Sequence record: PZ445511.1
Source of the DNA: a phage
Strand: one strand, 5' to 3'
DNA: 64,000 nt
Shown: positions 20,395-27,802 of the stretch, piece by piece
Numbering within the stretch: the first letter of the stretch is position 1
Layout: every line of letters begins with the position of its first letter
Program-made: the position numbers and the translations under genes
Notes under the pieces: model-generated
The model's input: the letters and a program-made list of their open reading frames with translations, nothing else
What the model was told of the DNA's origin: nothing
Database searches by the model: none

Positions 20395-20423
20395 TTGCTT
20401 GAATGCTAAATTCTCTGTATAAT
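20395..20423 (+). promoter_or_regulatory. early promoter (TTGCTT-17-TATAAT)
   Basis: promoter family member; 42-nt promoter-RBS cassette identical to 22256-22297. Confidence 0.7.
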
Positions 20424-20453
20424 ATATTTATAAATTTGAGAGAGGAATCAAAT

Positions 20454-21509
20454 ATGATTAAGACTGGTCTAGTAATTGGTAAGTTCGCACCATTAACGCG
20501 TGGTCATATTAACCTAATAAACACAGCAGCAACTATGTGTGAACGAGTTATTGTTGTAGTTAGTCATGATAATCGTTGGCTGGATAAGCAGAACACACGT
20601 GATAAGGAAGTATTACAGTTAAAGAATCGACTTCGTTGGTTAGAACAAACTTACGCGGATATTGAGCACATTTCGGTAGAGTACATTATTGAAGATGATA
20701 TTCCTGAATATCCGAATGGTTGGCCGGAATATGCTAGAATCCTTAATGAAAATTACGGACATTTGCCTGAGATCACCGTTTTCTCTAGCGAACTAGACTA
20801 TGATGCAGAATATAAGAAATATCTGCCGAAGTTTGGTCATTATATTGTAGATTCTGATCGGACTCGTGTTCCAATCTCAGCTACAATGATTCGTAATGAT
20901 CTTATGAAGTATTGGGAGTTTCTTCCTAGCGTAGTTCGTAAAGATTACGTGCGTAAGGTTGTAATCATTGGGACTGAAAGCTCGGGAAAGACTACTTTAA
21001 CAAAATACCTTGCGAAGCTATACAACACTTCGTGGGTAGAAGAATATGGTCGAACGTATTGTGAAGTTGATCTAGTTGGTAACGAAAATCTGCTTACCAG
21101 CGAAGATTATAGTAAAATTGCGTTCAGACACAAAGAGCTAGAGTTTGAAGCAGAACGTACTGCAAATAAGATCATGTTTGTGGATACAAATGCTTTTATT
21201 ACTGAGTTCTACCACAGACTTTATGAACATAGTAAGAATCCTGTGGTTACAGCAATTGCAAAAGAAGAACATTATGATTTAGTAATTGTTCTAGCGCCTA
21301 CTGTCAAGTGGGTAGATGATGGTTTACGTATTAACTCCGATCGTTCAATTACTTCTGAACTATTCGAGCAGATGAAGAAAGAATTTCCAAATCAGTTCCC
21401 TGAAGGGCGTACTGTTTACATCGACTCTCCGGACTACAAAGTTCGTATGGACGAAGCAGTAAACGCAGTAGACTGGCTGATTCATCACTTTAACGTTGGA
21501 GAGTTTTAA
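20454..21509 (+). CDS. nadR: bifunctional NMN adenylyltransferase / ribosylnicotinamide kinase (NadR-like)
   Basis: nucleotidyltransferase motif GKFAPLTRGH; P-loop GTESSGKTT in C-terminal half. Confidence 0.7.
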   Translation: MIKTGLVIGKFAPLTRGHINLINTAATMCERVIVVVSHDNRWLDKQNTRDKEVLQLKNRLRWLEQTYADIEHISVEYIIEDDIPEYPNGWPEYARILNENYGHLPEITVFSSELDYDAEYKKYLPKFGHYIVDSDRTRVPISATMIRNDLMKYWEFLPSVVRKDYVRKVVIIGTESSGKTTLTKYLAKLYNTSWVEEYGRTYCEVDLVGNENLLTSEDYSKIAFRHKELEFEAERTANKIMFVDTNAFITEFYHRLYEHSKNPVVTAIAKEEHYDLVIVLAPTVKWVDDGLRINSDRSITSELFEQMKKEFPNQFPEGRTVYIDSPDYKVRMDEAVNAVDWLIHHFNVGEF

Positions 21510-21510
21510 T

Positions 21511-22188
21511 ATGACTAACTATCTCGTAAATGACTTTAAAAACTGGAAACCTCTGGAATATCTGTGGCTGTTCATAGCGGTTGTCTTCATTAGTTTAGCA
21601 AACTATAATGGTACAGCTCTAGATTGGGCTACTGCAATAACCAATGTGGTTTGTGTTATTCTGGTTGCAAAAGGACGTATTTCCAACTATATTTGGGGCT
21701 TAGTGGGTGTTCTTACATATGGTATTACAGCTTTAAACGCAGATCTTTATGGTAACGCTGCACTAAACCTGCTATACTACGTTCCTATGCAGTTTTATGG
21801 AATGTACTTATGGCATAAAAATAAGCCAAGTAATCTGCCAGATGTTCCAACTAAGGTTCTGACTAAAGCCCAAGCTCTGCTGACTCTAGGGATTCTAGCA
21901 GTAGCCACGTTAGGGTATGGTAGTTTCTTAGCTACTACGGCTGATCCATTTCCAATGTTGGATGCATTTACTGCTGTAGGTAGTGTGATCGCTATGTGGC
22001 TTATGGTTAAGCAATATGCCGAGCAGTGGCTGATCTGGATTGCTATTAACATTGGTACTGTGTACATTTGGCTTGTAACTGCTCAATCTACAGGTGCATC
22101 TTATGCAATCCTAGCAATGTGGCTAGTATTCTTAGGTAACTCTATTATAGGAGCCTATAAAGGATACTTTGTACGCGTTAACAAATAA
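21511..22188 (+). CDS. pnuC: nicotinamide riboside transporter PnuC-like
   Basis: about 226 aa polytopic membrane protein directly downstream of nadR; GGAGAG RBS. Confidence 0.6.
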   Translation: MTNYLVNDFKNWKPLEYLWLFIAVVFISLANYNGTALDWATAITNVVCVILVAKGRISNYIWGLVGVLTYGITALNADLYGNAALNLLYYVPMQFYGMYLWHKNKPSNLPDVPTKVLTKAQALLTLGILAVATLGYGSFLATTADPFPMLDAFTAVGSVIAMWLMVKQYAEQWLIWIAINIGTVYIWLVTAQSTGASYAILAMWLVFLGNSIIGAYKGYFVRVNK

Positions 22189-22195
22189 AGTAGTT

Positions 22196-22218
22196 ATAGC
22201 CCTCGCTTAGAGGGCTAT
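22196..22218 (+). terminator. hairpin terminator
   Basis: atagccctc-gctta-gagggctat; weak T tract. Confidence 0.45.
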
Positions 22219-22235
22219 TATACAGAAATTTTCAC

Positions 22236-22264
22236 TTGCTTAATATAGAAAATTTCTGTATAAT
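22236..22264 (+). promoter_or_regulatory. early promoter (TTGCTT-17-TATAAT)
   Basis: promoter family member. Confidence 0.7.
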
Positions 22265-22294
22265 ATATTTATAAATTTGAGAGAGGAATCAAAT

Positions 22295-22591
22295 ATGAAA
22301 CGCATTGTACTTGCATTGACTCTAGTATCTACTTCTGTATTTGCTGCTCCACAACAGGAACTTTGTCAAGTTCAAGTTTGTAATAAGCTAGAACGATTTA
22401 CTCTAGACATTTGGTCCCACATTAAAGATAATATGGGTGAACAGTGTTTTGATATTGTTCTGCCAAAAGAACAAGCTGTTCCTGGGGCTGTTCTCAGCTC
22501 AGAATCACGTTGGTGGCAAGGTTCTTCTATCAACCCAACTAAGAAGTCAGTGACACGTATCAAACAAGTATATCAGTGCAACGTTCAGTAA
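22295..22591 (+). CDS. secreted small protein
   Basis: 98 aa with signal peptide MKRIVLALTLVSTSVFA. Confidence 0.55.
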   Translation: MKRIVLALTLVSTSVFAAPQQELCQVQVCNKLERFTLDIWSHIKDNMGEQCFDIVLPKEQAVPGAVLSSESRWWQGSSINPTKKSVTRIKQVYQCNVQ

Positions 22592-22599
22592 AATTTCAC

Positions 22600-22628
22600 T
22601 TGCTTAATGCCGAAATTTTCTGTATAAT
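22600..22628 (+). promoter_or_regulatory. early promoter (TTGCTT-17-TATAAT)
   Basis: promoter family member. Confidence 0.7.
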
Positions 22629-22661
22629 ATATTCATAAATTTGGAAGATTAGGAACTATTT

Positions 22662-23171
22662 ATGTTAGACTATGAGTCTATACTTTATAGATTCCGTTTA
22701 GAAGATGGTGTACTGGTGTGGAATCCGCTCTCCGGAAACTCCAGAGAGGAGAAGATATTTAATACTAAGTTTGCCAATAAACCTGCGGGATCTTTGCACA
22801 AAAGCTCTGGGTATATCAGAGTTAACGTTGATCACCAAGATTACTTAGCTCATATCATAGTATTTATACTATGATATGGGTATAGGCCGGAAATGGTTGA
22901 TCATAAAGACTGCAATAAGTTAAATATACATCCTTTAAATTTAAGAGCAGCGGATAGTACCACTAATACTCATAATGCTAGTAAATCTTCTAGGAATACT
23001 AGCGGATTTAAGGGAGTATCCTACCACAAAGCATCTGGTCAGTGGCAGGGTAGAATAATGTTTAAAGGTAAGTCATACTCCGCAGGGCTGCACAGTACTC
23101 CTGAAGCAGCAAATGAAGCTCTAATTCAACTGAGAGAGAAACTTCATGGGGAATATGCCCGAAATAATTAA
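22662..23171 (+). pseudogene. HNH endonuclease interrupted by in-frame TGA (22872-22874)
   Basis: ORFs 22662..22874 and 22893..23171 are in the same frame and together align with intact HNH genes at 11687 and 17302. Confidence 0.6.
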
Positions 23172-23257
23172 GGAAGAATAGCATAACGGTATTGCAGCAG
23201 ATTGCTAATCTGTCGGTTTGAAACATAGCCTTGTGGGTTCGATTCCCACTTCTTCCG
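23172..23257 (+). tRNA. tRNA-Ser(GCU)
   Basis: type II fold with long variable arm, discriminator G, anticodon loop ttgctaa, CCA encoded; starts 1 nt after HNH stop. Confidence 0.7.
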
Positions 23258-23265
23258 CCAAATTT

Positions 23266-23340
23266 GGTTCTCAAGCTCATTTGGTATGAGCCGTCGCCTC
23301 ATAAGCGAAAGGTAGGTAGGTTCGAATCCTCCGGGAGCCA
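23266..23340 (+). tRNA. tRNA-Met/Ile(CAU)
   Basis: acceptor ggttctc/gggagcc, anticodon loop ctcataa, T-loop ttcgaat; one T-stem mismatch. Confidence 0.5.
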
Positions 23341-23360
23341 CCAGATAACTAGGAGACTTT

Positions 23361-23435
23361 ATGTCACGCTTTCACGAAATTAAGCAAGAACTAGAAGAAT
23401 GTATGTGTACTGAATGTTGGGGTTCTGGCACTTAA
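23361..23435 (+). CDS. possible Cys-rich micro-protein (24 aa)
   Basis: AGGAGA RBS 5 nt upstream of ATG; CMCTECWG motif. Confidence 0.25.
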   Translation: MSRFHEIKQELEECMCTECWGSGT

Positions 23436-23492
23436 TGTTCCAGTGACTGGATTCCCTGATTGGCTGCAAGGTTACGAACTCTAACAAAATTT

Positions 23493-23575
23493 GGATCTGT
23501 GGTGGAATTGGCAATACACACCATGCTTAAAACGTGGCGCTTAAATGATTGAGGGTTCGAGCCCCTCCAGATCCA
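23493..23575 (+). tRNA. tRNA-Leu(UAA)
   Basis: acceptor ggatctg/cagatcc, anticodon loop cttaaaa, long variable arm, discriminator A, CCA encoded. Confidence 0.7.
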
Positions 23576-23594
23576 CCAAATTAAGGAAGTAAAA

Positions 23595-23717
23595 ATGAAA
23601 TCTATTAAGAAAGCTATTCGTGAACTTATCCGTTGTCGCTTCCATAACATCAAGGCTTCAACTAATGGTACTACTTACGATCGCTATGATCCTAAGTTTG
23701 GCTTACATTCTAAATAA
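23595..23717 (+). CDS. hypothetical small basic protein (40 aa)
   Basis: AAGGAAG RBS; separate frame from ORF track 23620..23937. Confidence 0.35.
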   Translation: MKSIKKAIRELIRCRFHNIKASTNGTTYDRYDPKFGLHSK

Positions 23718-23730
23718 CTGGAGAAAACAA

Positions 23731-23937
23731 ATGGCTAATCCTGAAATTACGGCACAACGTTTTATGCTGAAAGGAATTATTGCTGAAGCAGGCGTGACAC
23801 AAGAAGTGGAAGATTTCCATAAGCAGTTCCTAAATATTCTCACTCAAGCCAAAGAGCTAGGAGAGAAAGAACATGGCGCGGCTATTATGGCAATCACATT
23901 GGTTGGGCTTGATCTGGCAGAAGAATCAGGAGTTTAA
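23731..23937 (+). CDS. hypothetical protein (68 aa)
   Basis: in-frame ATG with GGAG RBS inside ORF 23620..23937. Confidence 0.5.
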   Translation: MANPEITAQRFMLKGIIAEAGVTQEVEDFHKQFLNILTQAKELGEKEHGAAIMAITLVGLDLAEESGV

Positions 23938-23967
23938 CTTCTCCAAGCAGAAATTTTAAAAATGTAC

Positions 23968-23997
23968 TTGCTTTTTACTTAAGATTTCTGCTATAAT
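23968..23997 (+). promoter_or_regulatory. early promoter (TTGCTT-18-TATAAT)
   Basis: promoter family member. Confidence 0.65.
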
Positions 23998-24026
23998 AGT
24001 TATATAAGTTGATGAGAGGAATCAGA

Positions 24027-24302
24027 ATGTTAAAACGTTTTGCAGCAACTGGTATTGAAAGCTCAGTATGTAAATCCTGGGGTGGTTGGGAAGGTGAGAT
24101 CGAGTGGCTTTATTTCTACAATGTAGAACTTCTTCCAGAGATCAAAGCTCAATGTATTGAGGCTGGTATGGCTCCTGATGCTACGGCTGATGTTGAAATC
24201 AGCATGAATAAGCTAGAGGGTCGAGTAGTCACTGTTACTGATGAAGGTGAAGAGGTATTCGAACTTCCATTCACTTTGAAAGTCACTCCTTCATTTGATT
24301 AA
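24027..24302 (+). CDS. hypothetical protein
   Basis: ORF 24009..24302 (TTG); ATG 24027 with GAGAGGAA RBS. Confidence 0.5.
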   Translation: MLKRFAATGIESSVCKSWGGWEGEIEWLYFYNVELLPEIKAQCIEAGMAPDATADVEISMNKLEGRVVTVTDEGEEVFELPFTLKVTPSFD

Positions 24303-24310
24303 CTGATACA

Positions 24311-24351
24311 GCACTTGAGCAAGTTCTTTAAAATTTGACTTGCTCAAGTGC
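24311..24351. repeat. 14-bp perfect inverted repeat overlapping promoter -35
   Basis: gcacttgagcaagt / acttgctcaagtgc separated by 13 bp. Confidence 0.8.
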
Positions 24352-24369
24352 CTTAAAACTTGATATAAT
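24340..24369 (+). promoter_or_regulatory. promoter (TTGCTC-18-TATAAT) ahead of a tRNA block
   Basis: hexamers with 18-bp spacer; no large ORF before tRNA-Tyr. Confidence 0.6.
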
Positions 24370-24493
24370 AGTTACCTAATTTGGAAACATATCTGAATGA
24401 GAAGTAATTAAGCGAGTTGCTTTGAGGGATAAAGTCAGGATAGCCGGAAATATTCCACCTTGAGTTTAACCGACTTACTTTTCATTCAAATAT

Positions 24494-24571
24494 GGGGGAT
24501 TGGCTCAGTGGCGACGGCGCCTGGCTGTAGACCGGGTATATCACGCGGAGGTTCGAGTCCTCCATCCCCCA
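24494..24571 (+). tRNA. tRNA-Tyr(GUA)
   Basis: acceptor gggggat/atccccc, anticodon loop ctgtaga, 10-nt variable region, discriminator A, CCA. Confidence 0.6.
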
Positions 24572-24582
24572 CCAAAATTAAT

Positions 24583-24654
24583 GCACCTATCGTCTAATGG
24601 TTAGGACATCAGGATTTCAATCTGAGAATTGAACTCCGATTCTCCGTGGGTGTG
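24583..24654 (+). tRNA. tRNA-like, probable tRNA-Glu(UUC) with degenerate T-arm
   Basis: acceptor gcaccta/tgggtgt with G-U pairs, good D and anticodon stems, loop atttcaa, CCA encoded. Confidence 0.4.
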
Positions 24655-24666
24655 CCAATTAATAAT

Positions 24667-24734
24667 TGGGGTACACATAGGTTGCTAGTGGGCCTCCAAA
24701 ACCCATGAAAAGGTTTCGAATACCTTTACCCCTG
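24667..24734 (+). tRNA. tRNA-Trp(CCA)-like with shortened D-arm
   Basis: 68 nt; anticodon loop ctccaaa, T-loop ttcgaat, 1-72 U-U mismatch; CCA encoded. Confidence 0.4.
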
Positions 24735-24743
24735 CCAATATTT

Positions 24744-24815
24744 GCACCTTTAGCTGAGATGGATTAGCGCTTGCCTGAAGAGCTTGAGAGGTTCGTTCAA
24801 TTCGAACAGGGTGCA
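24744..24815 (+). tRNA. tRNA-Phe(GAA)-like
   Basis: acceptor gcacctt/agggtgc, anticodon loop ctgaaga, two U-U mismatches in anticodon stem, CCA encoded. Confidence 0.5.
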
Positions 24816-24835
24816 CCAATTTGAAGGAGATGCTG

Positions 24836-25108
24836 ATGCATCCTGAAAACTTCTTTATATACTGTACTAGTCCTTTGCTTAAACGCCGGATTAATAAAGT
24901 ATATCACTACAGAGCTAGTCAACAGCCTTATGTTTATGATTCTAGTGGAGATCATATTCCACTTGAGCAACTAGGGACTGATTATATGGTTTTGAAGCAC
25001 TTTAATGAGGCGAAGATCTCTAGCGTTCATAACCGACAAAACTCTAAAACGTGGTGGCATAAGAAGCGTAAGAAAGGCATCAAATTTCTTAAAAATGTAG
25101 TTGCTTAA
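24836..25108 (+). CDS. hypothetical basic protein
   Basis: ORF 24821..25108 (TTG); ATG 24836 with AGGAG RBS. Confidence 0.5.
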   Translation: MHPENFFIYCTSPLLKRRINKVYHYRASQQPYVYDSSGDHIPLEQLGTDYMVLKHFNEAKISSVHNRQNSKTWWHKKRKKGIKFLKNVVA

Positions 25109-25129
25109 ATCCTTAAAGTTCTGTATAAT
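25101..25129 (+). promoter_or_regulatory. early promoter (TTGCTT-17-TATAAT)
   Basis: promoter family member, overlaps 3' end of upstream ORF. Confidence 0.7.
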
Positions 25130-25157
25130 TATTACATAAATTGAACTGGAGAACTAG

Positions 25158-25346
25158 ATGAAAGCACCTAAACCGAAATTAGTTAAGTTCGACTGCTGTG
25201 ATACTGAAATCTTATTTACTAAGTTTGGTGAATTTAAGATGTGTGAATGTGGAACATGTGGTTACGATCATGGTGATGGATATTATTGCAGAACCCTAGG
25301 GCCTTCTGAACTAATCCACTTCTCATGGCCGGAAAGTAAAGAATAA
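25158..25346 (+). CDS. Cys-rich small protein (putative zinc ribbon)
   Basis: 62 aa; CC..C.C..C..C pattern. Confidence 0.5.
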   Translation: MKAPKPKLVKFDCCDTEILFTKFGEFKMCECGTCGYDHGDGYYCRTLGPSELIHFSWPESKE

Positions 25347-25348
25347 TA

Positions 25349-25421
25349 CGACCGTTGGCTGAATGGCTTAGGCGGAGGCCTGCAAAACCTCCTTATGTGA
25401 GTTCGAATCTCATGCGGTCGT
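25349..25421 (+). tRNA. tRNA-Cys(GCA)
   Basis: acceptor cgaccgt/gcggtcg, anticodon loop ctgcaaa, T-loop ttcgaat, CCA encoded. Confidence 0.6.
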
Positions 25422-25426
25422 CCAAT

Positions 25427-25567
25427 TTGCTGAAAGAATTGTTAAATCAATTCAGGCACGCGTAGGAACACTGCCTCAGTAATTGAAAGATGAGGCACGG
25501 TTTGGAGAGGTATGCCGCTACACGCTACGGTGCTAACTCCGTCTAGGTGAAAATCCTAGTCAGCAAT
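25427..25567 (+). ncRNA. 141-nt tRNA-like RNA (acceptor-like stem plus T-arm-like hairpin around a long insert)
   Basis: ttgctga...tcagcaa terminal pairing; ctagg-tgaaaat-cctag hairpin; internal hairpins; not a canonical tRNA. Confidence 0.3.
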
Positions 25568-25576
25568 ATAAATTTA

Positions 25577-25656
25577 GGGTCGTTAGCCAAGCGGTTTGGC
25601 GGTGGACTGTTAATCCATGTCGAAAGACAACGTAGGTTCGAATCCTACACGGCCCG
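25577..25656 (+). tRNA. tRNA with GUU (Asn) anticodon on a type-II-like body
   Basis: acceptor gggtcgt/acggccc, 3-bp D stem, anticodon stem gtgga/tccat, loop ctgttaa, 13-nt variable arm, discriminator G, CCA. Confidence 0.5.
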
Positions 25657-25762
25657 CCATATTCTATGTAGGATTAAGTAAACCGGTAGCCAACCAGCTA
25701 TCATTACTGATATCGAATTCAGTCACAGATACCATTTTTCACTAACAACTGAGGAAATAGAT

Positions 25763-25948
25763 ATGACAACTCGTGCAATTGCTCGACTAGAAGCTGATCG
25801 TGATAATCTGATTAATAATATTAAGGTTCGTGGTAATATTATTAAGGCTCTGAAAGCTGAACTTCTTGAAGAACTTCAAGGTCAAGTAGAGCGTCGTGAA
25901 GCTCTAAAAGAGGTTGAGGAAGCTATCGAAAAACTCAAGGCTGAATAA
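25763..25948 (+). CDS. hypothetical coiled-coil protein
   Basis: 61 aa with GAGGAAA RBS. Confidence 0.45.
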   Translation: MTTRAIARLEADRDNLINNIKVRGNIIKALKAELLEELQGQVERREALKEVEEAIEKLKAE

Positions 25949-25951
25949 ATT

Positions 25952-26533
25952 ATGCACGGAATATCCTTACCCATTCCAGGGTTTGAGGAGTACTTAGTAA
26001 GTTTGGATGGGTTAGTATTTAGTATCAAATCAAACAAAATACTAACCCCAATAACCAGTAATTATGGATACTTATCTATACGTCTCCATAAAAATGGTCA
26101 ACAGAGAAATACCGGTGTACATAGGATTTTAGCATGTGCATTTAAGAAATTACCAAGTCTAGACTCTGAACTAGAAGTTGACCATATTAACACAGACATT
26201 ACTTATTGGGGTCTTAATAACTTACAAGTGCTCACAAAAGAGCAGCATCTAGAAAAGACTTTAAAAGATAAAGGATTTAGTAAACTAAATCATGATAATT
26301 GTTGTAAGGATTGTGGTAAAGCTATTTCTTTAAAAGCTGAAAAATGTCAGGAGTGCTCTTCACATAAACCAAAAGATATCTCTATAACTAAAGAAATAAT
26401 CGAGGTTACAGTAAGAGAGCTAGGCTGGTCAGGTGCAGGGAGAAAGTTAAATTATTCAGATAATGGGTTGCGTAAAAGATACACTTCTTTAGGAGGCAAT
26501 CCTAAAGAACTTAAAAAGTTAAAGGTACTATAG
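25952..26533 (+). CDS. HNH homing endonuclease with C-terminal Cys4 zinc ribbon
   Basis: 193 aa; EVDHIN..N motif; CKDCG...CQEC; 3' end overlaps tRNA-Asp by 10 nt. Confidence 0.7.
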   Translation: MHGISLPIPGFEEYLVSLDGLVFSIKSNKILTPITSNYGYLSIRLHKNGQQRNTGVHRILACAFKKLPSLDSELEVDHINTDITYWGLNNLQVLTKEQHLEKTLKDKGFSKLNHDNCCKDCGKAISLKAEKCQECSSHKPKDISITKEIIEVTVRELGWSGAGRKLNYSDNGLRKRYTSLGGNPKELKKLKVL

Positions 26534-26595
26534 TCTAACGGTTAGGATACTCCCCTGTCACGGGAGAGGTAGGGTTTCGATTACCCTTAGTACCG
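26524..26595 (+). tRNA. tRNA-Asp(GUC)
   Basis: acceptor ggtacta/tagtacc, anticodon stem ctccc/gggag, loop ctgtcac, T-loop ttcgatt, CCA. Confidence 0.75.
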
Positions 26596-26604
26596 CCAAA
26601 TTAT

Positions 26605-26678
26605 ACATCCATAGCTCAACTGGTCAGAGCTACCGCCTCTTAAGCGGAGGGTTGAAGGTTCAAGTCCTTCTGGGAGTA
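26605..26678 (+). tRNA. tRNA-Lys(CUU)
   Basis: D-stem gctc/gagc, anticodon loop ctcttaa, T-arm gaagg-ttcaagt-ccttc, CCA; one acceptor mismatch. Confidence 0.5.
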
Positions 26679-26686
26679 CCAAACAA

Positions 26687-26880
26687 ATAGAGTAAAGGCT
26701 ACAGTAGGTGCACCCTTACGGACTGCTACACCGGACTCTATTCATTAACAAACATTCTAGCGTGGTGGAGAGGGGACACCAGCTGTGCGAGGGTAGAAGC
26801 TTGTTCGATTCAAGTGAAAGAATGGTTCTCGTAAATCCGCAGCAGTGATAGTAGGTTCAAGTCCTACCTAGATTGACTTA
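26687..26880 (+). ncRNA. unresolved tRNA-like RNAs (two T-arm-like hairpins, one 66-nt acceptor-paired element)
   Basis: atagagt...actctat pairing; T-arm-like gcttg-ttcgatt-caagt and gtagg-ttcaagt-cctac without matching acceptors. Confidence 0.3.
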
Positions 26881-26884
26881 TTAT

Positions 26885-26955
26885 GCGTTCGTAGTTAAAA
26901 GGTATAATTTTTGGTTGCCAACCAGAAGTTGAGGGTTCGATTCCCTCCGACCGCA
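26885..26955 (+). tRNA. tRNA-Gly(GCC)
   Basis: anticodon stem tttgg/ccaga, loop ttgccaa, T-arm gaggg-ttcgatt-ccctc, CCA. Confidence 0.6.
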
Positions 26956-26959
26956 CCAA

Positions 26960-27180
26960 ATTTAGGGTTCTGCTTCCTAGAGAACGGACTCCTAGATAAA
27001 CAAGGCGATGAGTTTCCGGCCGGTTCTAGTCGCTGAAAATCCTCCCGACCAGGTAGGTGTAGGTAAACGAAAGTTTACTTATTGAGTAGGTTCCGATAGA
27101 TCGGCGGATCTATTCTGGCATTTAAGAGAAGTCTCGCAAACTTCTTTGTCAGCAGAGCGTTTGAAGCGTGAGGTGGCCTA
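26960..27180 (+). ncRNA. non-coding tRNA-cluster spacer with hairpins, candidate small RNA
   Basis: 220 nt, no ORF or canonical tRNA; gtcgctgaaaatcctcccgacc element resembles the T-arm-like hairpin of the 25427 element. Confidence 0.25.
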
Positions 27181-27209
27181 CACAATAAGTAAATTTATTA
27201 AAAACTCAT

Positions 27210-27238
27210 TTGCTATTTCACTTAATTCTCTTTATAAT
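27210..27238 (+). promoter_or_regulatory. early promoter (TTGCTA-17-TATAAT) for a tRNA block
   Basis: promoter family member directly upstream of tRNA-Pro. Confidence 0.7.
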
Positions 27239-27270
27239 ATATCTTATAAAGTGAGTTAACAAAGAATATT

Positions 27271-27345
27271 CTCCGTGTAGCTCAGTTTGGCCAGAGCGTT
27301 CCGTTTGGGGCGGTAGGGTCGGGGGTTCAAATCCTCCCACGGAGA
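27271..27345 (+). tRNA. tRNA-Pro(UGG)
   Basis: acceptor ctccgtg/cacggag perfect, anticodon loop tttgggg, T-loop ttcaaat, CCA. Confidence 0.65.
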
Positions 27346-27354
27346 CCAAACAAT

Positions 27355-27429
27355 TGCGGGTTAGATCTCTGGTAGAGATCGCTAGTCTCATAAGCTAGAA
27401 AGAGGTAGGTTCGATTCCTACACCCGCTT
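27355..27429 (+). tRNA. tRNA-Met/Ile(CAU), 1-72 unpaired
   Basis: anticodon stem ctagt/gctag, loop ctcataa, T-arm gtagg-ttcgatt-cctac, CCA; position 1-72 U-U. Confidence 0.5.
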
Positions 27430-27451
27430 CCAATTTAATAGAGGATACGAA

Positions 27452-27616
27452 ATGAAATTATTTCGATTGGTAGTAAGTGATAGACGGTCTAGCAAAGATC
27501 GTTCGAAGTATACCTTAGCCCATTATGGGAAAGATGAAAATGAAGTAATGGCTGAATTTGGTATTAATCATCGCTACTTAGAAGTTTACTCTATTAAGGA
27601 AGTTTATCCGTATTAA
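27452..27616 (+). CDS. hypothetical small protein (54 aa)
   Basis: GAGGA RBS 6 nt before ATG; stop abuts tRNA-Lys. Confidence 0.4.
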   Translation: MKLFRLVVSDRRSSKDRSKYTLAHYGKDENEVMAEFGINHRYLEVYSIKEVYPY

Positions 27617-27691
27617 GGGTCGTTAGCTCAATTGGTTAGTAGCACTTGCCTTTTAAGCAATAGGTTGAAGGTTCGAGTCCTTCACGACCCA
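27617..27691 (+). tRNA. tRNA-Lys(UUU)
   Basis: acceptor gggtcgt/acgaccc perfect, anticodon loop cttttaa, T-arm gaagg-ttcgagt-ccttc, CCA. Confidence 0.7.
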
Positions 27692-27703
27692 CCAAATTAC
27701 TTT

Positions 27704-27774
27704 GCTCGGTTAGTTTAATGGGAGAACCCCGTCTTTACACGGCGGTTGCGATAGTTCGATTCTATCACCGAGTA
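27704..27774 (+). tRNA. tRNA-Val(UAC)
   Basis: anticodon stem ccgtc/ggcgg, loop tttacac, T-arm gatag-ttcgatt-ctatc, CCA. Confidence 0.7.
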
Positions 27775-27802
27775 CCAATTAACTCAAAATAAGGAATTGC
27801 AA

